Assembly: GCF_006345805.1 (NCBI RefSeq)
Contig: NW_021832231.1
Location: 620,001-684,000, forward strand
Length of the DNA: 64,000 nt
Reading direction: 5' to 3'
Source of the DNA: Octopus sinensis
Taxonomy: Eukaryota
In this document: positions 1-13,100 of the stretch, piece by piece
Position numbering within the stretch: position 1 is the stretch's first letter
Layout: each line of letters begins with the position of its first letter
Notes under the pieces: generated by a model
What the model saw: the letters and a program-made list of their open reading frames with translations, nothing else
What the model was told of the DNA's origin: nothing
Databases searched by the model: none
Program-made: the position numbers and the translations under genes

Positions 1-901
1 ATATCTCTCCAATATAGAAGTCCCTGAATCCTCCGAACCTATAAAAAAGAAAAATATTGAAATGATACATATTTTGTGCCTCTGCTATCTTGGGTCTCTC
101 ATAACAAAGTCTAATTTAACTCCAACGGCTATTCTAAGGCTTGTGGAAAGTAATAAAAAGGATGAGCTCATAAAAATGTCTCGTAAGTGTCAAAAATTTT
201 ATAAATCACCTTCACATGTTCCAAACTCTCTCGGAATATCTTATTCGTTTTTCTGTAAAAAAATAACCACTGTGGCAAATATTTGTCGTCTTGTGAATTT
301 GGTACCAATTTCAATGTCATGGTTGTGTCCGTTGTTTGTCCGGAAGTTGGGATTGCCAGGGGACATGAACAGTTTATTGAGAAATTTGTGTCCACATGTC
401 GGAGAACCTGACATATTCCGATCACCTTGTTATGAACTAAGGGCTTTGGCGATAATTTTTGTCGGACTAAGTTTTTTGCCAATGTCGAACTTTTTTGGTT
501 TATAATTTATGTGAAAATTTTTTTTAGATGAGGTGTTTTTTGAGTCTGACTCATGGGCCAAAGATTTGAATCGTGAAGTACAGGATGTATTTCTGAATAA
601 CGATACAAATATTGCTAATTATAGAATAGGATTAATCTCTGCATTTATGCCATACACTGGAACCGAAAGTACTTCTCAATCAAAGCCAAAAATACTTAAA
701 CGGAAAGAAAGTAGAATTTTATTTGATCGGGTTTTGGAATTTTGGTGCAATGAACCTGGAAATTTTAAGAAAAAGTATCTAATTCGTCAACTGCAGAGAC
801 CCTTTTTGGACAAAATTCTTGAATTGTTTCCTTATCTTCATATATCAGGAGATCACGTTGTCGCAAGAGTTAATTTTATTGTAAATAAATTATGTTTTTA
901 A
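1..901 (+). CDS. TAF1B: 3' part of TAF1B/Rrn7-like RNA polymerase I initiation factor (5'-partial; intron 498-527)
   Basis: Removing the 30-nt GT-AG intron 498-527 joins ORFs 62-505 and 533-901 in frame. LCLCYL..LTPTAILRLVE, LFVRKLGLPGDMNSLL and YELRALAIIFVGLSFL resemble the TAF1B motifs LAFCYL..ITLSDLLRFVE, KYLMEVNLPDEMHSL and YDVQAVAIIVVVLKLL. Confidence 0.6.
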
Positions 902-1127
902 ATAAAAAGTATACATAGTTTTTATTCAGTGCATTATTATGGTCACTTTGATATTATTTGCTGCTAAGAAATATTATTAATTGTTTGTTATTTTGATATC
1001 TTTTTAATGAAATGCAATTATTTTGTTTGTTGTGCTATCCATTCCGCTAAATAATTGTAATTTATAAAATTGATAATTTGATTAAATAACGTATACAAAA
1101 TAAAAGTATTTGTTTCCATAGTAGTAG

Positions 1128-2409
1128 ATGGATAACGATTACTCCCATATTTATGTGTGTACAGCACTTGAGGATGCTATAAACAAACTAAAAATATTAG
1201 GAGCCAGTGAGTTCTTTAAACTAAATACAAACAAATATTTATCAAAGGTGAAAAATAAAAAAATTAATTACAGCAAATTAGTAACGACATAAACAATATA
1301 TTAACAAACCATCAAGATTTATTTGACAAATATAAAGACATAATTCAAGAAAATAAAAGTGAAAATGAGTAAATTATGCTAAGGCAAAGTTAAAGTTCAT
1401 TTGAACAACTTTGAATTCGAACTTCGCTATTGCATTGAGGCAGTAGAAAATCTCAGAAAAGCAAATCAAGACCGGTTTTGTTTGATTTATATCTGAATTA
1501 GAATTTCGGTTGAAACTCTTTTGACAAATCTAAAAAATGAGTTGACTACTTCTCAGACGTTTTCAGCTTTACAGGCTGTTGTGGATAAAGAAATTCATGA
1601 AAAACAAAAAATCAGAGACACCTTAGACGAGTAAAATGGTTTATTTTAGTATTAGACAATCAATTAATAAATCTGAGATAAAGAGGCTGACAAAAATTAT
1701 TTGCGAGTTCAAAAAAGAAAGAGAAATGGAAGTTCAGAAGAAAAATGAAATTATTGCTCATTTAAAAGACAAAATACAAGAGCTTAAAGCCAAAACTTCA
1801 ATGGAACAGAAATATATTGATAAGCTCAGTAATGTAGAAGTTGGTAAAGAACGTGCGAAAAGTTTAACAAGCGAAAAAAATCTAAAAGACGAAATCATAG
1901 TTCTTATTTTGGAATTAGTACTTATTATTTAGCAAATTTCAAATCAGAATGAAAGTGAAGAGAGGAGCAGTTCAGAAATGATAAATTTCATTCAAAGACA
2001 AATCGATGTAGCTTTTATTTACCATAAAACAGAAACTTAATCTAAAAATCGATGAATGGAATCAAAATTACGACGTGGACATTGAAGACAAACAGCGAGA
2101 ACTCGAAGATCTCAAAAACCTCAAAGCGGCCAATCGAAAGCAACTTGAACGGCTCAAGATCCTCGTTTAAATTTATTTATGAATAAAATAGTGCTATGAT
2201 TATCGACATATCATTGCTTCCCACAATTACGAAACAGAAAAGGCTGAATACGAGAGAAATACTGAAATGAATCTTAATGATGCTGCAGAAACTGTTGGAA
2301 AATTTGTGTGTCACTTTCATAGATTCAAGCTTGGTTCAGAGGAGTAATCGCAAGACACGGGCTTGCAAATGTCGGAAAGAAAAAAGGGAAAAAGGCCGCA
2401 AAGAAATAA
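1128..2409 (+). CDS. IQCG: IQ-motif coiled-coil protein, dynein regulatory complex subunit DRC9; multi-exon
   Basis: Spliced C-terminus KIDEWNQNYDVDIEDKQRELEDLKNLKAANRKQLERL...AAETIQAWFRGVIAR..KKKGKKAAKK matches the IQCG architecture; several ~25-30 nt introns. Confidence 0.8.
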
Positions 2410-2462
2410 ACTAACAATTTATGAAAACTAATAAAATCATTATCAAATATTTCGAAAATTTG

Positions 2463-3060
2463 TTATAGATCACATAAAAGGATTATAATTATCGTTAATT
2501 TAGCTTTTCCTCCTTTTAAACAGCTATTCCGTTGACCGGTCACAACACGACACTTCTCGTTTTCGTATTGTAGTAAGAAAGCTGACTCCTCTGTAAGGTC
2601 AACTGACACTCCCAGTTCTTCTCTGGCGATATGACTATTCATTTCCTTCGCAACTTGGTGGTTGTCAACCTTTGTGACATGTCTATATTCAGCGATAATG
2701 CTTTCCAGCGTTTTTTTGATTGTCACTGATTAAATTTACACCTTATTTGAGACATTTGTTAGAACTTTGTCACTTCTCCTTCCCATGGCAATAAGACAGG
2801 GACTATCGTGACTTTTGCCTTGTGGATCTATGCCATTTCTAAAGTAAGTAAATCATACTTGTGGAATTTCTCTAATTCGACTTGATGTAACCCAGATCTC
2901 ATTTTGTGTTTTATTAAACACAAAAATATCTGGCTTGTTGTTTGTAACTTGACTATCAGTTTGCAACGCCATGTCTACTTTTATTTTAACACGACTGTCT
3001 GTCTTTATACCAACTGACTGAACCGTATGTAACAATTTCATTATGTCATCATTTTTGTAC
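2463..3060 (-). mobile_element. Degenerate 3' fragment of REL-endonuclease (R4-like) non-LTR retrotransposon
   Basis: VDMALQTDSQVTNNKPDIFVFNK (PD motif) and ...WEGEVTKF...TIKKTLESII, with frameshifts and stops. Confidence 0.7.
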
Positions 3061-3109
3061 ACAGGCTGAATTTTATTGATTTTTCTTTGAACTTCTTCAG
3101 GACGCAAAA

Positions 3110-3900
3110 ATACACTGAATATTTTATTGCATTTTATTTATTCAGATGAATTTATACATGATTGGATCTTTAGCAACACAATTAGAAACAAGGAAGATTA
3201 ATCATAAATGAGTTCTAGATGCGTTAAAAAGGTAAAACATAAATACAATTCTTTTACAACATTTCAAAGTTTCTTCGACTTTCCAAATTGGATTCTTGTG
3301 AGAGAGATTGCTGATTAAGAAAAATCTTTTTTGATTGAAATAAACGAATTATCAATGGACACTCCAAGAAAATGATCTCAGATGTCCCGAAATATTTAGA
3401 AACCAAAATTACTCACCTTGAACTGGTTTGATAAGAAAATCGAAAAGACCAGATAACTGTAATTTCTTGAGATGCAGTAATATAAATACAGCATAGAAAT
3501 ATTTGGTCTTTTGAACAGGAATTTTCATTATTTAAAGCACCGTTCGCTTTCGGTGCTTCCAATGAAGATAAAGGTTTACAAATGGAATTGTTGGAGATGC
3601 AATCGGATTCTATACTAAAGGCTAATATTTGGAGGCTAGAGTACCCGCTTTCTTTACGCATCTTACTGAAAAGTTTAAAACTTTAAAAATTTTGCTGCTA
3701 AAATAATTGCTATATTTAGTTCGACATGCGTGTTTGAACAACTTTTTCATTTATGAGATTAACAAAAACTGTTCATAGAACACGACTCACAGATCAAAAT
3801 TTGTCGGCTTTAACTAAAGTCGGGACTACACGAATAATTGAGCCCGAAATATCAAAAATTGTATTGGAAAAAAGATGTCAATCATCCGGAAGTAGGTCTA
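3110..3900 (+). mobile_element. Degenerate hAT (GTF2IRD2/SPIN-like) transposase remnant
   Basis: + strand, across frameshifts: LFKAPFAF..LQMELLEMQSDSILK..IFSSTCVFEQLFSFM..RTRLTDQNL, the hAT C-terminal dimerisation region. Confidence 0.7.
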
Positions 3901-3984
3901 AGCACCATTAAAAGATGTTGATTACATATTTATAATATGACCTTTTGGCGTCGGTAATCCATAATCCATATTTATAATAAGGTA

Positions 3985-4320
3985 ATCAATAATGCAAAGG
4001 TGAATGTCGTACCGTTGGTTATTACGTGGGATGGAATAACATCCAGATTCTATAAACACTACCAGAACTCCCTACAAGTCCAGGAATCTACACGAGCTTA
4101 TATCCAGTCAATCGTGATCAAGAGAATATTGGAAAGCATGCGCCCGGAGTATAAACTCCTTCCTACAGCGGCGAAGCATGCAATTAAATCGGACTCGAGA
4201 ACAACCACAAAAGTGGCCTGCCCTGTAAAATGGATAAATGTACCCGTCGAAGACACTTGCTCGGGCTCGAAGAGGAGAAGAATCGACTGAAAGCAGACGC
4301 AATAATTAAAAATCAATTTT
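3985..4320 (+). mobile_element. 3' fragment of the R4-like REL retrotransposon family
   Basis: VVPLVITWDGITSRFYKHY...AYIQSIVIKRILES, homologous to the fragments at 2463, 9330 and 14110. Confidence 0.7.
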
Positions 4321-4640
4321 ATCTGGACTTTTCAAATAAATCTTAGAATTTTTGGTTTTTCACTAAAATAAATAATCTTTCCTTGATGAACAATTATGAT
4401 AAATGCGAAACGTAGATAAAACAACCAGAACTGATTCACTGTGAAAAACAACAAGGCAGACATCTTTTTGTATGAAAGACAAGAAAAACAATCACGTTTA
4501 TTAAGATTGGAATCGGACTAATGATCTCTTTAAGAAATGAAGCCTTCGTACATAGTTTACTTAAATCAATTAATAAGTTTAATGAATAAATATTAACTAA
4601 ATTATTTATATTTAATTGTAAAAAACTGTTCTAGTGTGGT

Positions 4641-5743
4641 ATGAACTCTGAAATACAGGACGAAAAGATTTCAAACTGGAGGAAAATCCATTTACTGTAT
4701 CCATATGTAAGAAATATGTCCAATGCAGTTCTAAATTCACTCAAGTCGGAAGGTTAGACATACTTGCATACAAAAGGGGTATACGTTAAGACAGGAGCCT
4801 GGGATCAAAAAGAGGAAGTCCGACTAGTAAAAAATTTTAACAAGTTTTGCAAAGTATTCGTCTATTTTTAATAAATATTAATTCATAAAATATACTTTTT
4901 GTAGAAACATCCAGAATATATGAAACTTTTATGTCTAAATAAACCTAGAAGTAGGAATTGGACGGAGATTTCTGTCCCGTATTATAAAAAATTAGGTTCC
5001 TACTTAAAAATAATCAAAAGGAAGGAAATTGAACAGATCCTTGGGGGCAATACACAGGAAGATATTGTACAACATGGCTCCTCGAAGGGGGGAAAGGTTT
5101 ACAACTGAGGAGGAAAGCCTCATCAAGACTTTCCGAAGTGAACATGGCAACAAATTTTCAATGATTGGTGAACTTGTTGGTCGTTCGGGAAAGAGTGTAC
5201 ATGACCACTGTCGTAAATTTGACCTGCCAATGCCAAAGGGTGGATGGTTTATTGAACTTGTATTAGTCAACGGGCGATGGTCCTCTGAGGAAGAAGAGGC
5301 TTTGTTGAAGGCAGTCGAATCGGAGGAACTGCGTGAGACGGGGCCTATCTCATGGGAAAATGTTGCAAAATTAGTACCTTGGCGAAATTACTATCAATGT
5401 CGGTTTCATTGGGAGAAAAGTTTCAGACTGCGACTAAAGTTTAAACGACGATTATCCTCTACGCTGCCAGATCAGAATAAATTACTAAAAATGTGCTCTT
5501 TGGTCTTTCTAATTTAGAATATTTAATTCTGATGTGATTACTGAGACTGATCTTGATTGGGAACAAATCAGAGATGAACACTTTCCTCAAAAAAATTTAA
5601 ATTATTTGGTTCATTGCTTTTATCAGATTAAACTTCGATTCAGTCATATTTCAATTCGAAGACTAGATGGTTTGTTTTGTATATTATACTAAATAGAGTT
5701 TACGAGAAAGGCATTGGCAGAAATGGATGAATCACATAACTAA
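4641..5743 (+). CDS. TTF1: Myb/SANT-repeat protein, TTF1/DMTF1/Reb1 family (Pol I termination factor-like)
   Basis: Six introns (e.g. 4753-4776, 4996-5020, 5240-5266) give GVYVKTGAWDQKEE..RFTTEEE..HGNKFSMIGELVGRS..GRWSSEEE..ISWENVAKLVPWRNYYQCRFHW..ETDLDWEQI, collinear with the TTF1 C-terminal half. DMTF1 not excluded. Confidence 0.7.
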
Positions 5744-6054
5744 GATAATGTCCACATTTTTGTTTTTCAAAATTATTCGTGCGATCTTATTGTATTTCTA
5801 GAATTAAGGTCTGCTAGTTTCTAATGAGCAAAATGTAAAGTAGATGATAAAATTTTAACTTTTTAATTATTGTAAAAAAACAAGAATTAGTCATCACAAG
5901 TTAAAACAGGATGGATTATACATTTAGAATATTCATAACGAGCATAAATAAATAAACTAATTAACTAAGGGTAAAAATTTCTCTTACCCCTGGAATAGTG
6001 AATCAGTTCTTCCATGTTTTCAAGTCCTTCCCACTTTTTTTCGGTGTCTTAGAC

Positions 6055-6873
6055 CAGCGGTTCTCAAATGCGGCCCCCGGGGCCGCATGTGGCCCCCAGG
6101 ATTTTTTTTGCGGCCCCTCTAGAGTAACTAACTTTTTTAATTTTTTAATAATGTCTAAATTTAATTATTCATTCTTAAGGTTAAACATATCCATAATTGG
6201 TGATTTAATTAATCAATTTGAAGCACGTTTTGGGGTACATTTATATAAATTTAATTTTTAGAATTTCAAAGAATTCCTTCCTTTAATGAAAATATTTGCA
6301 ACTCCATTCAGCGTGGAAATTAAGGATGCGCCTGCAAAATTCAACTAGAACTCATTAATTTACAACATGATATAGAACTGGCGGAATTGTTCAAAAATGC
6401 GTCTATTATTAATTTTTACGAATTAATTCCTCAAGACAAATTCAAAAATATAACACACAATGCATATATGAATATATCAATGTTAAATCTACATATTTAT
6501 GCGAATCAATATTTAGTAAAATGATTCGAATAAAAAATAAATATCGTAACAAGCTCACGGATAATCACTTGAGTCAGCTTTTACGAACTTCTTCGACTTT
6601 ACTTATTCCGATTTCAAAAACTTAATAAAGAAATAATACTTTCTTTTTAGTTACAACGCCTTTTGTAGATTTTTTAGCTTTTATTTTTTATAAAGGAAAT
6701 GGAAATTAAAAGAGTAAAAAAACTCATTACGCATCAGCAGTGGCTGCACTTCGGATTGCAAACGAGTTACTGGATTGGAAAATATAAAAATATATAAAAT
6801 ATTTTTTTGCGGCCCGTGAAGCTAATCTTAATTATCGATTTGGCCCTTGAGCTAAAAAGGTTGAGAACCCCTG
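6055..6873 (+). mobile_element. Non-autonomous hAT/Buster element, copy 1
   Basis: TIRs CAGCGGTTCTCAA / TTGAGAACCCCTG; perfect 8-bp TSD TCTTAGAC (6047-6054, 6874-6881); internal transposase C-terminal remnant. Confidence 0.95.
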
Positions 6874-7329
6874 TCTTAGACATATGATACTCATCTCTAA
6901 AATAACAATCTTTCCGGTGACCTTATTTTATGAGTTTTATTGAACTAGACAATAATCGGCGTGAGTATTGCGGTATCACATTAATGCATGCATTCGAATT
7001 CTCAGAACCTATTGAACTTGATGTGTTCACAACTTTCTAGACTGTCACAAGCTATACTTGTCGCAAAGAAAAAAATGGTAAGGGTTTCACTACCTCGTTA
7101 TGCCTGTATGTAGAACCATGATGAACCATTCTCCTGATTATTCGTAGCTAAGTTGTCATCGCTTTACTTTTACAATAAATACCCTAATTCCTTTGACTAT
7201 AAAAAGGTCGTATCGTGTACTTTGTCCCTTCCGCTATGCCAATAACTACATTTTCCATTCTAACTAAGTTTATCTCCCTCCTTGGGTTATTATAGGGTTT
7301 TTTGAGCTTTAACGTTGAAAGCGCAACCA

Positions 7330-7640
7330 TTTGTGCTGACTCTTCAAACATTAGTGTTAATGCATCAACATTAGTGTCGAAGGATTTCAACTTTAATACT
7401 GTCAATAATGGATTATCATCGACCAAACCAAGAATTTAATGTTTGTGCAAATCATTCAATTTGGAAGAATAATTTCCACTACGAGGTTTGCTCTCAATAT
7501 CTCCGAATTTTTTCCATTCAAAACGTATTCTGCTTATGGAGGCATATTCAGATAGTGACTTATTTCTTTGTTAGATTTTCCATTAATTGAATATTCAGCA
7601 ATCAGTTTATTGGTTTTTGGTTGTTTAGAACATTTCATAA
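7330..7640 (-). mobile_element. Tc1/IS630-like transposase N-terminal remnant
   Basis: GKSNKEISHYLNM..KKFGDIESKPRSGNYSSKLND..ILGLVDDNPLLT, an HTH-type region with stops. Confidence 0.5.
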
Positions 7641-7748
7641 TTAAGTTTTTTCGAGAGATTAACTTAATGTAAATAAAAAAATATGCTTACTATTGCAAAC
7701 CGTTTGAGAAATAAATTATATACATACAATCATTTAAAAATAATTTAG

Positions 7749-8517
7749 CTATATACAACCACATTTTCTCACTCGAAAATCATGAAAAAGTGTTTGGTGA
7801 TATTTATGTCCTCGACTATGTCTATGTGATATGAATACATGCTGATAATCCATCTCCACCGGAGCACAACACAGTTCGGGAACTGAACCAAAAAAACGTT
7901 GTCCAACTAGGAACTGGAGAATCGCATGATTTGTCATTCCTGCCCACTCATTCCCAGCCAGACTGCAGTGACCAAAACAATATGTGAAATTTATTAAAGG
8001 CAGAACAATCCAATCAATTGAATATTCGCTGGGTCTGATTATCTTCCAACGAGTCTGACACCTCAGGTTAGTATCGGCACTCCTTTTTGATTTGACATTT
8101 TTTGAAATTTTGGGAATCTCATGATTTGTGATTTTGCATTGAAAATTAATATTATTTATAAACTGTTCACCGATGGTTATTTCTTGTGAAATAGTAGAAA
8201 TTTTAATTGTTATTTTTTCCAAATTTAAATTTTTTGTACATAAAATTGTAATATTTTTCTTGTTTTGTGATTTCAGAGTGCATCTCGATGAACATATCTG
8301 GTAATATTTATTGGTGATTATTGTATATGTACCCACCCCATTATTCATTTCTAGAATATAATTTATATTTGTAACCAATAAGAAGAACAGTCTCTGCCAA
8401 ATGAGTAACTGCGACCTCGAAATCATTGACTATATTCTTGTCTATAATGATTTCACTATCAAAAACTTCGAATGTAGTATATTTGGGAAAAAATATACAT
8501 ATAATAAAATATAACAT
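7749..8517 (-). CDS. TGF-beta/BMP superfamily ligand, ~247 aa (intron 8351-8375)
   Basis: Hydrophobic start MLYFIICIFF; one 25-nt GT-AG intron restores the frame; basic cleavage site KSKR; seven-Cys knot C..WIVLP..YCFGHC..TNHAILQ..CCAP..KCGC. Confidence 0.92.
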
Positions 8518-9329
8518 TTATAGATGTCCATCGTTCTTCGATGTTCGTAAATTATTTATGCAACAAACTAAATTCGCTGTTGTCAATATATTTTTGTCAA
8601 TATATTGATACTATTTCCTCTATTTAACTATAATTGAATGAAAAGTTATATAAAAAATTTATTTAAAGGGGCCTTTTCAATATTTCTTATATATTTTTAT
8701 ATTGCGTGACTTTTATTGATCTAACTACCTCGACTAAGATTTTAAGGAATTATCACGTGTTTCGCAATCATTCTAAAAAGTAAACAAAATTAAGAATTCA
8801 GCGATTTTAAATTCAAAAAAATTTAAACAGAAATAAGCTCATCAAAGAATATATGCTTTCTTCTAATAAAAAAATTAATGCCATAAAGGCAGTTAAAAAA
8901 GAAAACCAATGACCTTTGAAAACCAATGAAATTAAAAAAAATTCCCGTCTAAAATTGCCAAAAAGAAGTGTTAAAACAGCCAGCTAGTTTTGAAGTCCTC
9001 GAGACGACCATGAAGCTGATTAACTTTAAGATCTAAACAGAGGTAAATCTCGATTCGTACGAATTCGTCATTTAAGAGCAATCCCGGGAGGTCAAAGGGA
9101 CAGCACTAACTCAATCGCCGGAATGGATCTGGCCGGCAGTGTTCAAACTAGCTAAATTATGTTGGTCCGAACGGATTTTTTTATAAAAGAAGTATAAATT
9201 CGAATTTAATTTCTCAAAGGTTAATTTCGATTTTCCGAATTATAAGAGAAAAATGAACAGGAAATGGGAGTTGATGTGTCAAAATATGAATAAAACATCG
9301 GAGACATAGTGTTTATTAATAAAAAGAAA

Positions 9330-9680
9330 CTAATTAACTAAGTAATTTTTCCAAGTCCAGGGCCTTCGAAGTGAACAGAGGATGACACTCCAAGCACCTC
9401 CTCCTCTTCTCTGGCACTGTAGACCTCCGAGAAGGTGCAGTCCAGCGCCTCTCACTGACTAAACGTCAGGAAAGAACTGGGTCGGCAACCATCAAACGAG
9501 ACACTCTCCAGAGTCCTCTTAAGAACAGTTGACTGTATATAAGCCTGTAGAGACTTATCTACACCCAACTGTCTTAAGTACCGCTTGTGGTATTTGGTGA
9601 CAAGTCCATCCCATGTCATCACATACGGAATGACATGGACTTTGTACTGGTGCATCAGTCCTAGCTCGTTTGGTGTTATT
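9330..9680 (-). mobile_element. 3' fragment of the R4-like REL retrotransposon family
   Basis: NELGLMHQYKVHVIPYVMTWDGLVTKYHKRYLRQLG..AYIQSTVLKRTLESVSFD. Confidence 0.75.
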
Positions 9681-9689
9681 TTAAAATTA

Positions 9690-9977
9690 GTTAAAAGGTT
9701 CGCATTCAAAAGAATTATGAGACGAATCATTCCTGGAGATTATTTAGGTTTGAATATCCATATCTGAATGCAGTCACTATTGTTGCAAAATTGTCTAACA
9801 ATCTGGTCAATGTGGAAAATAATGACCGATCAGTAATGAAATTACAGATCAAACAACTCAAGAAGTTAGATAACAGTTAGAAATAATTGTCTTGATCTAT
9901 TAATATAAAAGTTAATTTGACACTGATTGACATTGAGTGAATTTGATTGGTCGCGTCTAGCGCTCGTTTGCGCGACA
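9690..9977 (+). mobile_element. Probable 3' end of a Ginger-type element
   Basis: VRIQKNYETN...VMKLQIKQLKKL resembles the C-terminus of the Ginger ORF at 45422-45661; followed by a GC-rich end ...GCGCGACA. Confidence 0.4.
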
Positions 9978-10126
9978 TAACGGCATCCCACTCCATTTGG
10001 GAAAATTTTCGGATTTCCAGATTTAATTAAAAAACTAAATATAAAAACTTTGTTCTTTATAAAAAACAATTAAATATTATAACAAATGAAATCAAATAAA
10101 AGATTATAAAGTATACATTTGTGGTG

Positions 10127-13100
10127 ATGCCTTCAACTCCCATTTTTCAAAATTCCATTTTAAAAGGAGTCTCGAATCTCATTAAACAATCCTTTCAACA
10201 CGAAGCTGATATGTGTGAATTAATTATTCAATTTATTCTTCGCTATTTAAAGCACAACTTACTTATTGGACAATTTTCAGACCCCAAGGACACCAAATTA
10301 GTGTCAGACTATCTCAAATTTCTCAAAACTTCGATCAAAGAGTAATAATTTATTAATCAAATATTTTCTTGTGGTGCCATAATAAATTAAGGTGTAATTC
10401 ATGTGGATCCAATTTTCTTCGTTTCAATGGACCAGAGACTGTAATGATGTTATGTGACTACGACTATTCTGTTCTTTTTGACTATCCTTCTCCCGACATT
10501 GTAAGAATATTGAACAATGAATGTTCACTTGATGTCCATTCTAATGTAGAAAACCCGGCTGAACTAATTTGTATAGCAAATGGTCACACTTTAGTGCATT
10601 TCAATGGAAAATACGTGAATGAATTACTTATTGAAAATGGACTCATGTGGCCAGATTTAAACAGTTATTTTAAACAAAAGGGAGAGCCTTTGCGCGGGAA
10701 AATAACTGCGATTGAAAATTTGGAGCAAATTATATTCCTGGACAGTGACCGTTCCAAAAAATCAATCCATGACTGCATCAGACACCTCATTTCGACCCTC
10801 GATGTCTCCTCTCTTCAACCATTGGAGTATTCCTCCCAGTCTCCGAGTATTGGGCAGGGAGTTCTCTACATTGGAAAAGATCAGCAGGCTCGGGCTGTGG
10901 TTTTTTTTGTTTTTTGAGTATAAGATTTTGGGAATTGTGGAGACCTTATTAAAAATTTGGTTGGTTGACAGTGGAGAGATAAGAACGGTGACTGTTTCCG
11001 AGTGTTATGAGATTGACCCCAGTCGTATCGAGTTTCCGACATGTTCAAGAATGTGTAGATTATATGGTCTTGGAGTGGTTGTTTATATTAGGTGTGTCCC
11101 CCACTCCTGTCGGGTTTGGTCTCCTAGAAGACTGTCTTGATTGCTTAGCGGGTCTCAATTCTAACCAAGTTTGTGTTGATTTTAAATAATATTAGTTTGT
11201 TGCTGATATGAGGTTTATGGAACATTTTATTTCAGTGGCTTACCACATGACCAAGCCATCTCTATTTTTGCAGGCATTGAGTCGACTGGTTGGGTCACTC
11301 CATGCCTCCTATCCTCATAATGTCCGGATTACAACTTTCTTTAAGGATTTAGAACAAATAGTCCACAGTATTCTCTGGTTGTATTTTATTTAGATAATTT
11401 GGGATATTCCTCTCTCCAGAGTTTTGTGGATTTGCCACTCTCCACAATGCCCGACCCGCAGACTACAGTTCTGGATATGCTTGTTCCCAATAGAAAGAGA
11501 GATGTGACGAATAGGGAATATTTGGTTGTGTTAATTAGTGTTAATTAATTAAGGAGGAAATAGTTGTGGAGTTGAAGAATTTGATAGCAGTACGTGGGCA
11601 TGTCAATGGTTTATGTACTCACATAATAAACACTTTTCTACGCTATACTAAATTAATGTTGATTAATCGTACGCCGTCCGTCGAATATATTTCTTTTATT
11701 TTGAAATATCTATCAAAAAATATTCAAAGTTGTAAAATTTGTTCAAAGGCATTTGTTGACTTGGGAGGGGTAAGTGTCCTTATTTGTCTATGTCTGCCAA
11801 ATAACCCGGTTATATATGACACCTCTCCCATTCAGGGGGTATTCGATGTTGGGGGAGTTTATAGTGTCCATACCTCCAGTGAAGATGTCATTGGTTTGGA
11901 TTTCTTACTATTTGGGTAGATATTCGTGAGATTGATGGATTGTCTATTCCTGCGGCCTTGGTTGAAAGGGGGGATTTGTGGGCTATTAAGGAGGGTGGGG
12001 TTGAGTTGTGTCCTCAGCCTGTTTCGATGAGGATTTTGGACATCAAGTCCAGCACTTGTGTTGTCTGTGAAGTTCAGGATGGACGAGAAATTGAATTGGA
12101 GAGACTTTTAGAGGCAGCAACATGTCTAAACCATGTTTCCCGTCAATCATTACAACGTAATTGTATTTACATTTTAATTACCGCCAAAAATAAACTATTT
12201 CGTGTCAGGGTTAGACATTTTTATTTATTTTTTACAGTTAAATGAAATTAAATCAAATAATGCCAAAGTGTTGAAAATAGATTACGGAGAGAGATTGACT
12301 GTCCCTGTGTCTTCTCTATTCGAATGTCCTCAGGAGATTAGAGATCATCCCCTCCTAATGGGAGATTATAGATTATATGGCTTGGAATATTCATTAATTG
12401 CCTATAGGAGTTCATAGTAAGCCGATTACTTGTGAAATATTTGCTTCCCTTGTTGATTGTGTTCACACTGCAGTTAAATTAGCAGAATGGCCTGTTGGTT
12501 CATTGGATACTTTTATTGGTTTCCTGTCTACAAATCTCATCGCAAACTTTCAATCGTTGGGATGTTCTTTCCTTTCCGTTCTTAAGTTGTTGGTCGAAGA
12601 TGAAAGCTATTTCGAACCCGCGTCGATTATTCCTCTTTTTCCAGCTATTTCAGGTTGTGTATATTTATTATTCTTAGGTTTTCTGCGTAAAAGTGATGAA
12701 GGGACGAAGAGGGAGGCAGCCGAGTTCATAGAGGCTGTATGTAAAAAGCAGATGACTGGAAATGACGAGAGGAAGACGTCAATTCTTTCAACTTTGAGAA
12801 GAATTTGTGGATATTCCAGGACTTCCCTAAAATCTTCCCAACCTGTGGCTAGCTCGCCGATTAACATGAAACTGGGTTGTGTAATTAGGATAATGTGATC
12901 AGGGCTTCGATCTGATCTGAGAAATGATGGATGTACACATTTAGTTGACGTCGAAGACATTCTATCCTTTGATTTTTCCATTCTTGATAGCATTTTTGTA
13001 GCATTTTTGAATTCCGGATGTGTTTGTAAAATATATTTTGGAGTGGACAAAGACGGTCTCGTAAAAGGGACGAACTGCAATAGTCGTCCCCGCAGAGACT

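Noticed and set aside
3413-3661. 82-aa minus-strand ORF as a host gene
   Set aside because: Antisense to the hAT transposase remnant.
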